From contig JBFWMA010000001.1 of assembly GCA_050251875.1 (NCBI GenBank), positions 401,587-465,586 of the forward strand: 64,000 bases of DNA, written 5' to 3'. The notes under the pieces are model-generated. The model was not told the origin of the DNA and ran no database searches. It saw only the letters and a program-made list of their open reading frames with translations. This stretch comes from Deferribacterales bacterium. GTDB lineage: Bacteria; Chrysiogenota; Deferribacteres; Deferribacterales; Geovibrionaceae. Shown piece after piece: positions 10,039 through 20,490 of this stretch (positions are counted from its first letter, which is position 1; each line of letters begins with the position of its first letter). The translations under genes and the position numbers were made by a program.

Positions 10039-12024
10039 TTACATGTTGTTCTTGATTAACTTGAACTCAATTCTCCTGTTCAGTTTTCTGCCTTCTGCTG
10101 TGTTGTTGGGAGCGATAGGCATTGATTCGCCTTTTCCATAGCCATGCATAATGTCTTTGGAAACGCCTTTGTCAGCAAGCCTGCTGTAAACAGTGTTTAC
10201 ACGCTGTTTTGAGAGTTTGCTGTTGTAAGCGGCGGAACCCACACTGTCGGTGTGACCGTATATATTCAGCTGATATCCTTCCAGCTTTCCAACTTCAGCG
10301 GCTACTTCATCGATGAGCTTTTCGCCATCAGGAGTAAGTATATATGAGTTGAAAGCAAAAATCACGTTACTGAATGTAAAAGTCTGCTCTTTTTTCTCAG
10401 GATCGATGACCATAGCCGCGGCTTCTGCCGGTTTGGCTTCTTCCGTGGCGGGCGCTGTCATCACTTCCTCTGCTTTGGGAGCGGGTTCTGCTGTGAGTCC
10501 TTCGGCAGTGTTAGGTTTGAAATAGGGATCGAGTTTTTCAGGAACCTTATAGCCTATCTGAAGACCATCGTCTCCGATACATCCGTAGGGAGCTGTTTCA
10601 GACTGGATAGACTGCTGGCACTGGTCTTTTTTATCCTGCACCTGGTCTTTGTCTCTGTTGTACTCCAGAGGATAGTAGTCTTCGATAGTGTCTACAGGTT
10701 TTTTCTCGGGGAGTCCCACTTTCTCTGCCAGTTCTGCGTCATATTCCTGAAGCAGCAGACCGGAAGCCTGAAGCAGTCTGAAATATGCTGTTTTGGCGGA
10801 GTATTTTGTTGTTACGAGTGTTTGTCTGGATGACTGATATTCGTTTTCCATATCGAGAACTTCGATCAGGGTTCTTCTGCCCAGTCCGTTCTCCTCAACG
10901 AAATAGTCTCTGGTTTGTTTGGTGAGGTCAACATACTCTTCCAGATAGGGGAGTTTGTTTTCTTCGGCCTCTTTGATGTTCCATGCCAGGTGAACGGCCT
11001 CGATCAGGTTACGGCGCTCGATATAGCTTCTTTCGAGCTCTTTCAGGATATCAGAGCTGTCTTTCTTTTTCTGGGCTGATCTGACGCCGCCGTCATAGAG
11101 ATTCCAGTTCAGTGAGAGCATGGCTGACATTATGTCGTTTGTGCCTTCGTCACCGCCTGTGTTGTTGGTTCTCTGTGCTTTCAGCTCGGCATCGATAGTG
11201 GGCCAGTAGAGCGCTTCAGCGCGTTTTCTGGTATATTTTTTTGTTACAACGTTATAGTCGGCTACTGCGATGGCAGGATAAACCTTGATAGACTGTTCGA
11301 TAACGCCCTCAACTGTGACGGGCATTGTCTTTGAGTTTTCAGGAATCACAAAGTCCTCAGCCTTGACGAAACGTCCGAGCTGTCTGTGGAATCTTGCCAG
11401 AGCCTGTTTAACGTTCTGCTGCTGTGAGAGATAGTTTGCTCTGGAAAGAGCAAGTCTCGCCTGGGCACTGGTGAGGTCAGACGCTCTGCCGAATCCTGAG
11501 TTGGTCTTTTCTTCGATCTGTTTCAGGATCTGAGCCTGTGTCTGAACATTGTCGGAAGCGATCTGGAGAAGCTCCCTTTCCTGAAGAACAGAGAGGTAAG
11601 CCTCAGATGTGGCAAGGAATACGGTGTTGGCTGTGTTCATTACATCGAACGCCGCCGCTACCATTCTTGCTTTGGTTTCGTTTACATAGTTTGTTGTTCC
11701 AAATCCGTTGAAGAGATTGATTCTGGCTGCCAGAGTGGCTGTGCTTGCGGTGAGTGATACTTTTTCATCGTTGGTATCGATGCCCTGTGTCACTTCACGC
11801 CCGCCGGACAGGCTGGCGCTCAATGTGGGGTTATACCCCGCCTGAGCCAGTTTCAGTTCATCTTTCACTGATTCATACACTTTTACTGACTCAAGGATCT
11901 CAGGATTGGTCCTGGAGATTTCCTTGGTCGCGTCTTGCAGAGTGAAAGGCTCTGCGAAGGCAGTCGCAGAAAAAGCGACGACAGCTGTCGCCACCATCCC
12001 GACTTTGAATAGTTTTCTTATCAT
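10039..12024 (-). CDS. lapE: TolC-family T1SS outer-membrane channel (LapE-like) fused to a C-terminal OmpA-like peptidoglycan-binding domain
   Basis: Signal peptide from ATG at 12024 (GTAAGGGG RBS; ORF track starts at 12087), two OEP repeats, GRRTLIEVLD; C-terminus GHTDSVGSAAYNSKLSKQR...GRKLNRRIEF. Confidence 0.88.
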   Translation of the reverse strand: MIRKLFKVGMVATAVVAFSATAFAEPFTLQDATKEISRTNPEILESVKVYESVKDELKLAQAGYNPTLSASLSGGREVTQGIDTNDEKVSLTASTATLAARINLFNGFGTTNYVNETKARMVAAAFDVMNTANTVFLATSEAYLSVLQERELLQIASDNVQTQAQILKQIEEKTNSGFGRASDLTSAQARLALSRANYLSQQQNVKQALARFHRQLGRFVKAEDFVIPENSKTMPVTVEGVIEQSIKVYPAIAVADYNVVTKKYTRKRAEALYWPTIDAELKAQRTNNTGGDEGTNDIMSAMLSLNWNLYDGGVRSAQKKKDSSDILKELERSYIERRNLIEAVHLAWNIKEAEENKLPYLEEYVDLTKQTRDYFVEENGLGRRTLIEVLDMENEYQSSRQTLVTTKYSAKTAYFRLLQASGLLLQEYDAELAEKVGLPEKKPVDTIEDYYPLEYNRDKDQVQDKKDQCQQSIQSETAPYGCIGDDGLQIGYKVPEKLDPYFKPNTAEGLTAEPAPKAEEVMTAPATEEAKPAEAAAMVIDPEKKEQTFTFSNVIFAFNSYILTPDGEKLIDEVAAEVGKLEGYQLNIYGHTDSVGSAAYNSKLSKQRVNTVYSRLADKGVSKDIMHGYGKGESMPIAPNNTAEGRKLNRRIEFKLIKNNM

Positions 12025-12245
12025 CTTAATCCCCTTACATAACGAATGATTATAGTAAATGAAATCACGGAAGCCCTTTACTGTCAAGGCGACTATCGAT
12101 AGTTAAATATTAAACCAATCAAAATTTATTACGGTGTTTTGTCACATATAACGACATGAAATATCCATAATTTTGTAAAGGTTAGATAATGTGGAATTTA
12201 TTTTATCGATTAAAAAAAGCGTAGTTAAAAATTCACCTATTTACA

Positions 12246-12263
12246 ACTACTAGAGTTAGTAGT
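12246..12263. promoter_or_regulatory. Inverted repeat, candidate operator upstream of the lap operon
   Basis: ACTACTA-GAGT-TAGTAGT in the AT-rich region upstream of lapE. Confidence 0.4.
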
Positions 12264-12398
12264 GAAAAAAAATGTGAATTTTACTTGAAGATTTAAAAAA
12301 ATTTAAACCCCTGTTTGTATATGTGTGGATATATATTTAGATGACAGCTATTTCTATGCAGTAAATTTAGTTGTATTAAGTATGCAAATATTTAACTG

Positions 12399-13004
12399 TT
12401 ATTTTAGTCCACGGTATTTTTTGATACAGCTGGCGAATCTGTCAAAGCTCCTCTGAACGGCGCTGGTATCTGACCACAGGTAGGGGACATGTCCGTATAT
12501 CGCTCTGAATCCTGCTTTTTTAGCGTCTTCAGGCGCATAGTTCTTTGCTCCGTAAAGATATATGGCGGAGGCGAGTCCGGCTCTGTCCGAGCCGCCTTTG
12601 CAGTGAACCAGAACTGGCTTTTCGGCTGTTTTCATCAGCCAGAGGAAGTGATCCATATTCTCCAGAGGTGAAGCCACGGTGGGAGAGAACGGCACGTCAT
12701 AGTGCATTATGCCCAGTCTGGTGGATGTTTTGATCTCATCCTGATACCATTTTTTATAAATGCTGGGACCACGCAGGTTTATGATGGTTTTGATCCCGTA
12801 TTTTTTGTGATATGCCTCGATGCGCTCAGGTGTCGGCTGTCCGCTCCGGTAGAGCTCGCCTTCCACCACGGCGTGGAGGTTTCCGCCCAGACGGATATAA
12901 GCTGTGGCGGCTAAAACAAGTACGAAGACCAGTATAAGAATCGCGGCTGATAGTTTCAGAATGAATTTCATAATCCCTGCCGTTTTTGTTTTGAAATATA
13001 TCAT
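12399..13004 (-). CDS. Dual-specificity/tyrosine phosphatase family protein with N-terminal TM/signal
   Basis: LYRSGQP, IKTIINLRG, PVLVHCKGGSDRAG (HCx5R); start may be the second Met (MKFILK). Confidence 0.85.
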   Translation of the reverse strand: MIYFKTKTAGIMKFILKLSAAILILVFVLVLAATAYIRLGGNLHAVVEGELYRSGQPTPERIEAYHKKYGIKTIINLRGPSIYKKWYQDEIKTSTRLGIMHYDVPFSPTVASPLENMDHFLWLMKTAEKPVLVHCKGGSDRAGLASAIYLYGAKNYAPEDAKKAGFRAIYGHVPYLWSDTSAVQRSFDRFASCIKKYRGLK

Positions 13005-13029
13005 TCACCCATAAACTGCGCAAGGTAAT

Positions 13030-13057
13030 AAAAAAGGCGGAAGATAACTTCCGCCTT
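13030..13057 (-). terminator. Intrinsic terminator of the alanine symporter gene
   Basis: On the minus strand AAGGCGGAAG-TTAT-CTTCCGCCTT followed by a T-run. Confidence 0.75.
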
Positions 13058-13061
13058 ATGT

Positions 13062-14399
13062 CTATTTCATCTTGGAGAAATAGTCTTTCGTTTCAGCGAA
13101 GACCACAGACGACAGACCCAGAAGTCCCACAAGGTTGGGGAACGCCATCAGTCCGTTGAATATGTCAGACAGCGTCCATACCACGTCCAGCTTGGCCATG
13201 GCGCCGACGCCGATGAACAGGATGAAGACATATCTGTAGGGTTTCACGGATTTTATACCGAAGAGATATTCCATGGATTTTTCACCGTAGTAACACCAGC
13301 CGAGTATGGTGGAATAGGCGAACAGAGCCAGACTCACCGCCACCATTACTGCTCCGCCGTTGAACCCGAGGGAGAAAGCGTATGATGTCAGTTCCGCTCC
13401 GTTTTTGCCTGTGTCCCACGCTCCTGTGCATATCAGAACCAGACCTGTCATGGTGCACACCACCAGTGTGTCTATGAAAGTCTGGGTCATGGAGACCAGA
13501 GCCTGTGAGACAGGGTGTTTTGTCTGTGCCGCCGCTGCCGCTATGGGAGCGCTGCCCAGACCGGATTCGTTGGAGAAAACGCCTCTCGCCACACCCATGC
13601 GCACAGCGAGCATAACAGACGCTCCGGCGAAACCGCCTCCGGCAGCCGCCGGTGTGAAAGCCTTTTCAAAGATAAGGGCTAAGGCATGAGGTATGCTGGA
13701 AGCGTACATAACAAGAATAGCCAGAGAACCGATAACATAAAAAACTATCATAAAAGGAACAAGAACGCTGGTAACTCTGCCTATCGCCTTGATCCCGCCC
13801 AGAACAACCAGAGCGGTAGCCACCATCAGAACAAGTCCTGTGGCATATGTCGGCACGTTGAATGTGGAGTGCAGAGCGTCCGCCACTGAGTTGGACTGAA
13901 CCATGTTGCCTATGCCGAAAGAGGCGAAAACGGCAAACACGGCAAAGAGCGCTCCCAGCTTTTTCCAGCCGAGACCGTTAGAAATATAATACATGGGACC
14001 GCCGTTCATGCTGCCCGCCTCGTCAGTGACACGGTATTTCACAGCCAGCACGGCTTCGGAATATTTGGTCGCCATGCCCACCAGTCCGGTAACCCACATC
14101 CAGAACATCGCCCCGGGACCGCCTATGGCTATCGCTGTGGCGACTCCCGCTATGTTCCCTGTTCCCACTGTGGCGGACATGGCGGTCATCAGCGCCTGAA
14201 AGTGCGTGATGTCGCCCGGCTCGTCATCGCTCTCTTTTCTTTTTACAAGAGCCAGCCACAGAGCATGAAAGAGTTTTGTGAACTGAAGAAACCTGAGGTT
14301 AATGGTAAGCCAGAGACCTGTGCCCACCAGAAGGATGAGAAGCGGAAGACCCCACACATAACCGCCTATCAGATTAAGAATTGCTTCGAATTTTTCCAA
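13062..14399 (-). CDS. Sodium:alanine symporter (AGCS family)
   Basis: [52 protein letters not shown]; probable TTG start at 14399 behind a GGAGG RBS (ORF track starts at 14471). Confidence 0.9.
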   Translation of the reverse strand: MEKFEAILNLIGGYVWGLPLLILLVGTGLWLTINLRFLQFTKLFHALWLALVKRKESDDEPGDITHFQALMTAMSATVGTGNIAGVATAIAIGGPGAMFWMWVTGLVGMATKYSEAVLAVKYRVTDEAGSMNGGPMYYISNGLGWKKLGALFAVFAVFASFGIGNMVQSNSVADALHSTFNVPTYATGLVLMVATALVVLGGIKAIGRVTSVLVPFMIVFYVIGSLAILVMYASSIPHALALIFEKAFTPAAAGGGFAGASVMLAVRMGVARGVFSNESGLGSAPIAAAAAQTKHPVSQALVSMTQTFIDTLVVCTMTGLVLICTGAWDTGKNGAELTSYAFSLGFNGGAVMVAVSLALFAYSTILGWCYYGEKSMEYLFGIKSVKPYRYVFILFIGVGAMAKLDVVWTLSDIFNGLMAFPNLVGLLGLSSVVFAETKDYFSKMK

Positions 14400-14518
14400 A
14401 ATAAATGATCCTCCATCTATGATTTGCGTTAAAAGTATATCGGATTTGATATGGATATGTAAAGTCCGCATACATTATTTCGCTAAATGTGCTAATATTC
14501 TTCATACAAGAGGTGCGT

Positions 14519-15295
14519 ATGAAAAGACTGCTTTTTATTCTGATATCTTTAGTGTCATTCGTGTGTTATGCCGCTGGCGGGAGCTATAATACCGTTGTGG
14601 TGATCTCCGTGGACGCTCTGCATCCGGACGCTGTAGGCATAGAAACCTGTCCGAATATATTTCGTCTGGCTGAGAACGGGTTAATCAGCAGAAACGCCCT
14701 GAGCACCGACCCGCCGAAAACTCTGATAGCCCACACCGCTATGCTGACCGGCATGCCGCCTGAAAAAAACGGAAAGAAGGACAACGATTGGAAGCCGGGT
14801 GACGGAAAGGTTACGCAGGACACTCTGTTGTCATACGCTAAGTCAAAAGGATACGCCACCGCCCTGATCTACAGCAAGAAGAAGCTGGGATATCTGGGCA
14901 GGGACGCAGACAGAGAGATTTTCTCCGCCGAAGATGCTGTGGACGCCGCTTCATCTCTGCTGGATACATCAAAAAAACAGTTCATTTTTCTGCACATCAG
15001 CGGGCTGGACACGGAAGGTCCGGTCTCCGGCTGGATGTCGGCGGAATATATGGACGAGTTTAATTTTATAGACGAACAGCTCGGCTCTCTTTTTGAAAAG
15101 ATAAAAAAGAGTCCCTCGTCTCTGATAGTAGTGACATCCGATCACGCCGGGCATGAGAAGATCCACGGGTCTGACCATCCGGAGGACTATAAAAGACCGC
15201 TGATAATATTCAGCTCAAAAGAGAGGATAAAAGACGTGCCTGAGAGCGCTCTTAAGATAGACGGGCTGAAAGGATATCTGGAGACTCTATTTTAG
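14519..15295 (+). CDS. Exported alkaline phosphatase superfamily (nucleotide pyrophosphatase/phosphodiesterase-like) protein
   Basis: Signal peptide from ATG 14519 (GAGG RBS), ISVDALHPD, PKTLIAHTAMLTG, VVTSDHAGH. Confidence 0.8.
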   Translation: MKRLLFILISLVSFVCYAAGGSYNTVVVISVDALHPDAVGIETCPNIFRLAENGLISRNALSTDPPKTLIAHTAMLTGMPPEKNGKKDNDWKPGDGKVTQDTLLSYAKSKGYATALIYSKKKLGYLGRDADREIFSAEDAVDAASSLLDTSKKQFIFLHISGLDTEGPVSGWMSAEYMDEFNFIDEQLGSLFEKIKKSPSSLIVVTSDHAGHEKIHGSDHPEDYKRPLIIFSSKERIKDVPESALKIDGLKGYLETLF

Positions 15296-15889
15296 ACCGT
15301 ATATGCCTGTGAATATTCCGGCTGTTTTGTTGATGATCTCTTTCTGTTTCTCCGGTGACGGCATGGGGATGATTCCCAGAAGAACAGGCCAGAAGAGAGC
15401 CTCCTTCACCATGCCCAGAAAATACTGAGATGCCAGAAAGGTATCGTCTATTCCGCCTTTTCCGGCGTCTTTCAGATAGTCAGAGAGGGTTAAGAGGAGC
15501 GAGCGGATACCTTTTTCGGAATATATTTCAGTGAGGATGGGGAATCTGCCCGATTCTCCCATTATCAGCCTTATGAGTCTGTTGAATTTGTCGCTGTAGA
15601 GCAGATCCATGGACTTTTCGGCAAAATCTATCAGATCCTGCCTTATGTCGGCGCCTTCATGATATTTCAGCTCCGGCACTTTGTGTTCTGTCCAGATGTA
15701 TGTGACAATTTCCGAGAACAGATCTTCTTTAGAGCTGAAATGGTTATAGACGGTTCTTTTGGACACTTTGGCGTGGGCGGCTATCCCGTCCATGCTCACA
15801 CTGCCGTATCCTTTATCCAGAAAAAGCTCCGAAGCGGACTCAACAATGGCTTTGCGTTTTTTGTCTGTCAGTCTGGTTTCCACATTCAC
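15287..15889 (-). CDS. TetR/AcrR-family transcriptional regulator
   Basis: LFLDKGYGSVSMDGIAAHAKVSKRTVYNHFSSKEDLF HTH. Confidence 0.92.
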   Translation of the reverse strand: MNVETRLTDKKRKAIVESASELFLDKGYGSVSMDGIAAHAKVSKRTVYNHFSSKEDLFSEIVTYIWTEHKVPELKYHEGADIRQDLIDFAEKSMDLLYSDKFNRLIRLIMGESGRFPILTEIYSEKGIRSLLLTLSDYLKDAGKGGIDDTFLASQYFLGMVKEALFWPVLLGIIPMPSPEKQKEIINKTAGIFTGIYGLK

Positions 15890-15940
15890 CTCACAGAAAT
15901 GGATTATAGATAACAGGTGATATAATTACAATAAATTGTA

Positions 15941-15983
15941 TTGACTTTTTCCGCAAGAGAACTAAACTACACCGTATAGTTTA
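15941..15983 (+). promoter_or_regulatory. sigma70 promoter of the aldo-keto reductase gene with an overlapping palindromic operator
   Basis: TTGACT(15941)-16bp-TAAACT(15963); inverted repeat TAAACTA-N7-TAGTTTA at 15963-15983. Confidence 0.6.
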
Positions 15984-16001
15984 CTTTTATTGAGGTGAGT
16001 T

Positions 16002-16982
<981 letters not shown>

Positions 16983-16986
16983 ATTT

Positions 16987-17191
16987 GTAGGGCGGGGTTT
17001 TTTAGCTAGCTTGGAACAGAAACACCCGCCGACAGTAGGGCGGGGTTTTATAGCTAGCTTGGAGCAGAAACACCCGCCGCTAGTAGGGCGGGGTTTTATA
17101 GCTAGCTTGGAGCAGAAACACCCGCCGCTAGTAGGGCGGGGTTTTATACCCCGCCGCAAAATATACGGCGGCATGTAAAATGCCGCCCTAC
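16987..17191 (+). repeat. GTAG-family REP cluster: three 48-bp tandem units, one canonical REP, one inverted REP
   Basis: Units start at 16987, 17035 and 17083 (GTAGGGCGGGGTTTTATAGCTAGCTTGGAGCAGAAACACCCGCCGCTA); GTAGGGCGGGGTTTTATACCCCGCC at 17131; inverted GGCGGCATGTAAAATGCCGCCCTAC at 17167-17191. Confidence 0.85.
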
Positions 17192-17271
17192 TATACGCTC
17201 TTACAACGTGATAATTACCTTTCATTATTGCCCAAAGGTGATATCATCGGCAAAACATACAGGAGTATGAT

Positions 17272-17418
17272 ATGAAAAAACTGGTGATAACCGCTGTTAT
17301 AGCTGTTTTCGCTTTTGGGCTCATAGGCTGCGCTGAGCACGCCGGAGGCAAGGCGACAGCGCCCGGACAGGTAAAAAAGGCGACAGGCGTTCATCCTGTC
17401 ACAGGAAAAACAAAATAA
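17272..17418 (+). CDS. Small 48-aa lipoprotein (not in ORF track)
   Basis: AGGAG RBS at 17261; MKKLVITAVIAVFAFGLIGC-AEHAGGKATAPGQVKKATGVHPVTGKTK*; lipobox LIGC; terminator directly after the stop. Confidence 0.75.
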   Translation: MKKLVITAVIAVFAFGLIGCAEHAGGKATAPGQVKKATGVHPVTGKTK

Positions 17419-17447
17419 AAAAGCCCGCTTAAAAGCGGGCTTTTTTT
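17417..17447. terminator. Bidirectional intrinsic terminator
   Basis: A6-GCCCGCTT-AA-AAGCGGGC-T7 between the convergent lipoprotein and fumarase beta genes. Confidence 0.85.
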
Positions 17448-17466
17448 ATGATTATCATGGCGCTTA

Positions 17467-18048
17467 TTAAAGCCCCATAAGATCTTTGGCTACTTTTCCT
17501 GATTTTTCAGCGATCTCTTTGTGCAGTGATCCGCCGTGGCTGTCCATAGTGACAACACAGGGGAAATCTTCAACCTCGCAAACCCAGAAGGCTTCGGGTG
17601 TGCCGAATTCTTCAAGTTTGAAAACAGTTTTGACTTTCTTAACTCTTTTAGCGATCAGAGAGCCAGCTCCGCCCACAGCGTGGAGATAAACAGCGCCGAC
17701 TTTCTTGAGTCCTTCCATTGTCAGGGGACCCATTCCGCCTTTTCCTATTACTGCTCTGACGGAGTATTCCTCGCAGACAGCCGCCTGATAGGGCTCTTCA
17801 CGGGTGGAAGTAGTGGGACCGGCGGCTACGAAGCTGTATGAACCGTCTTCGTGTTTTTTCACAACGGGTCCGCAGTGATAGATAGCGCCGTTTTTCATGT
17901 ATTCTCTGGGGAAATCGGGTTTTTCTTCGATCATAAGTTTATGAGCGGCATCTCTGGCTGTAACGATAATGCCTGAAAGAAGAACCTCATCGCCCACTTT
18001 CAGCGATCTGGCTGTTTCTTCTGAAATGGGTGTAGTGAGCTTAATCAT
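17467..18048 (-). CDS. Class I (Fe-S) fumarate hydratase, beta subunit (tartrate dehydratase beta family)
   Basis: TARDAAH, IYHCGP, AGPTTSTR, IGKGGMG, VTMDSHG. Confidence 0.88.
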   Translation of the reverse strand: MIKLTTPISEETARSLKVGDEVLLSGIIVTARDAAHKLMIEEKPDFPREYMKNGAIYHCGPVVKKHEDGSYSFVAAGPTTSTREEPYQAAVCEEYSVRAVIGKGGMGPLTMEGLKKVGAVYLHAVGGAGSLIAKRVKKVKTVFKLEEFGTPEAFWVCEVEDFPCVVTMDSHGGSLHKEIAEKSGKVAKDLMGL

Positions 18049-18907
18049 AGGTCACCTCGCTTCCTTTGATTATCATTTGTTTTCTTCTGTATGCCCAGCA
18101 GGTGTAGGATATCGCTACATAGAATGTGGCGGGGTGTCTGTGCTGTGCGCCTATGTTGACGCCGAGGCAGGTTGTTTTTCCGCCGAATCCCATGGGACCG
18201 ATGCCGAGTTTGTTCAGGTCTTCATACAGTTCTTTTTCCAGAGCCGCCAGATCAGGGTTGCTGCTGGGTTCGCCCAGTTTGCGGAAGAACTGCTCTTTGG
18301 AAAGGGCATATGATGTCACTCTGTCGCCGCCGATGCCCACGCCGATGGTTCCGGGAGCGCATCCCTGACCCTGAGCCTTGACAACTGCGTCTATAACAAC
18401 TTTTTTAACGCCTTTCAGGTCACGTCCCGCATGCAGGGGAGTGTCGGGAAGTTTGTACTGAGCGCCCACGTTTTCAGAACCGCCGCCTTTCAGCATCAGA
18501 CGGACTCTGACTTCGTCCTTTTCCCACTGGTGAAAGTGGATGTAGGGAGCGTTTACGCCCACGTTGTTGCCGGAGTTTTTACCTGTGATAGGATCAACGG
18601 CGTTGGGACGCAGATACTGAAGTTTTGTAGCTTCCATAGCTGCGGCTTCTGCCGCTTCTTTATAAGGTTTTTCTGCAGCGCCGACCGGAAGGTCGATGTA
18701 CATAATAACTGAGCCAGTGTCCTGACAGATGGGTGTGGACGCTTCACGGGCCAGACCGATGTTTTCGATGATAGTGCCGAAAACGTTCTTAGCCGCTGTG
18801 CCTTCGTCCTCTCTGTCGTATGCTTGTTTGATAGCCGCTTCCACATCGGGAGAAAGGTCAGTGGATGCTCTGCGGATAAGCTCAAGCATTGCGTTTTTGA
18901 GTTCCAT
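18041..18907 (-). CDS. Class I (Fe-S) fumarate hydratase, alpha subunit
   Basis: [42 protein letters not shown]; probable ATG at 18907 (GAGGTG RBS). Confidence 0.88.
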   Translation of the reverse strand: MELKNAMLELIRRASTDLSPDVEAAIKQAYDREDEGTAAKNVFGTIIENIGLAREASTPICQDTGSVIMYIDLPVGAAEKPYKEAAEAAAMEATKLQYLRPNAVDPITGKNSGNNVGVNAPYIHFHQWEKDEVRVRLMLKGGGSENVGAQYKLPDTPLHAGRDLKGVKKVVIDAVVKAQGQGCAPGTIGVGIGGDRVTSYALSKEQFFRKLGEPSSNPDLAALEKELYEDLNKLGIGPMGFGGKTTCLGVNIGAQHRHPATFYVAISYTCWAYRRKQMIIKGSEVTYD

Positions 18908-19099
18908 AGCCACCTCGCAAAAATTTATTGGATACGATCTTATTTTTATAAAACCGCTACATTATTACTCAAAAAGGATGTAAAATACAAGGGTATAATT
19001 GAACATAGTTTTAAAATAAGATGTGATTGTATTTCACTGGCATTTAAGGACATAAAGGGTATAATTATAGCTATAAACACACACACGAGGGAGAAGGAA

Positions 19100-20488
19100 A
19101 TGGACTACAGAATAGAAAAAGACACGATGGGAGAGATAAAGGTATCTAACGATGTCTACTGGGGAGCGCAGACCCAGAGAAGTCTGGAGAATTTTAAAAT
19201 AGGCTGGGAGAAAATGCCCGTGAACCTTATCAAGGCGTTCGCCGTGCTGAAGCGTTCTCTGGCGGTGGTGAACAACCGTCTGGGCAAAATGGACGAACAG
19301 AAGGCGGAAGCCATCATCAAGGCATGTGACGAGATCATAGACGGGAAAATGTCCGATCAGTTTCCCCTTGCCGTGTGGCAGACAGGAAGCGGAACCCAGA
19401 GCAACATGAACATGAACGAGGTGATAGCCTCCCGTGCCACAGAGATTCTGGGCGGCAATTTCAGAGAAGAGAGACTCATTCACCCCAACGACCATGTGAA
19501 CATGTCCCAGAGCTCTAACGACACCTTTCCCACCGCCATGCACATAGCGGCGGTGACAGTGGTTGAAGACGATCTTCTGCCCGCCATATCAGTTCTGCAC
19601 GACACACTCATGAGCAAATCCGATGAGTTTTCAAATATTGTAAAAATAGGGCGTACGCACCTTCAGGACGCCACACCGCTGACGCTGGGTCAGGAATTCT
19701 CCGGATATGTCGCCATGCTGGAGACCAACACCAGACAGATTACCGAGGCTCTGGATCATGTCAGAGAGCTCGCCATCGGCGGAACAGCCGTGGGAACAGG
19801 GCTGAACGCCCACCCGAAACTGTCTCCTATGGCGGCTGAGGAGATATCTAAATTTACAGGAAAAAAATTCAAATCAGCCAATAATAAATTTCAGGCGCTG
19901 ACATCTCATGACGCTCTGGTGGGCGTCAGCGGAGCTGTGAAGGCTCTGGCTGCGAACCTGATGAAGATTGCAAACGATATCCGCTGGCTGGCTTCCGGTC
20001 CCAGATGCGGTATAGGTGAGCTGGAGATTCCGGAGAATGAGCCGGGCAGTTCCATCATGCCGGGCAAGGTGAACCCCACCCAGTCAGAAGCCGTTACTAT
20101 GGTGGCGTGTCAGGTTTTCGGCAATGACGCAGCGATAGGCTTTGCCGCCAGTCAGGGTAATTTTGAGCTGAATGTGTTCAAGCCTGTGATAATATATAAT
20201 TTTCTTCAGTCCGTACAGCTTCTGTCAGACGCCATGCTGTCATTCAACGAGCATTGCGCCGTAGGCATCAAAGCCAACAGAGACAAAATAGAGCACAACC
20301 TGAAAAACTCTCTGATGCTGGTGACAGCGCTTAACCCGCATATAGGATATGACAAAGCGGCAAAAATAGCCAAAACAGCCCACGCAGATAAGTCCACTCT
20401 GAAAGAGGCGGCGCTGAAGCTGGGGTATCTGACAGAGGAACAGTTTGACGAGTATGTTATCCCCGAAAACATGACAGGACCCAAATAA
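19100..20488 (+). CDS. fumC: Class II fumarate hydratase
   Basis: [44 protein letters not shown] 19100 after GGAGAAGGA (the ORF-track start at 18824 overlaps the divergent gene). Confidence 0.95.
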   Translation: MDYRIEKDTMGEIKVSNDVYWGAQTQRSLENFKIGWEKMPVNLIKAFAVLKRSLAVVNNRLGKMDEQKAEAIIKACDEIIDGKMSDQFPLAVWQTGSGTQSNMNMNEVIASRATEILGGNFREERLIHPNDHVNMSQSSNDTFPTAMHIAAVTVVEDDLLPAISVLHDTLMSKSDEFSNIVKIGRTHLQDATPLTLGQEFSGYVAMLETNTRQITEALDHVRELAIGGTAVGTGLNAHPKLSPMAAEEISKFTGKKFKSANNKFQALTSHDALVGVSGAVKALAANLMKIANDIRWLASGPRCGIGELEIPENEPGSSIMPGKVNPTQSEAVTMVACQVFGNDAAIGFAASQGNFELNVFKPVIIYNFLQSVQLLSDAMLSFNEHCAVGIKANRDKIEHNLKNSLMLVTALNPHIGYDKAAKIAKTAHADKSTLKEAALKLGYLTEEQFDEYVIPENMTGPK

Positions 20489-20490
20489 AT

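Noticed and set aside
16987..17191. Possible CRISPR array
   Set aside because: Units are nearly identical end to end with no unique spacers, there are no cas genes, and the sequence fits GTAG REPs
18824..19099. N-terminal extension of fumC in the ORF track
   Set aside because: Overlaps the divergent fumarase gene and promoter; the RBS and family N-terminus point to ATG 19100
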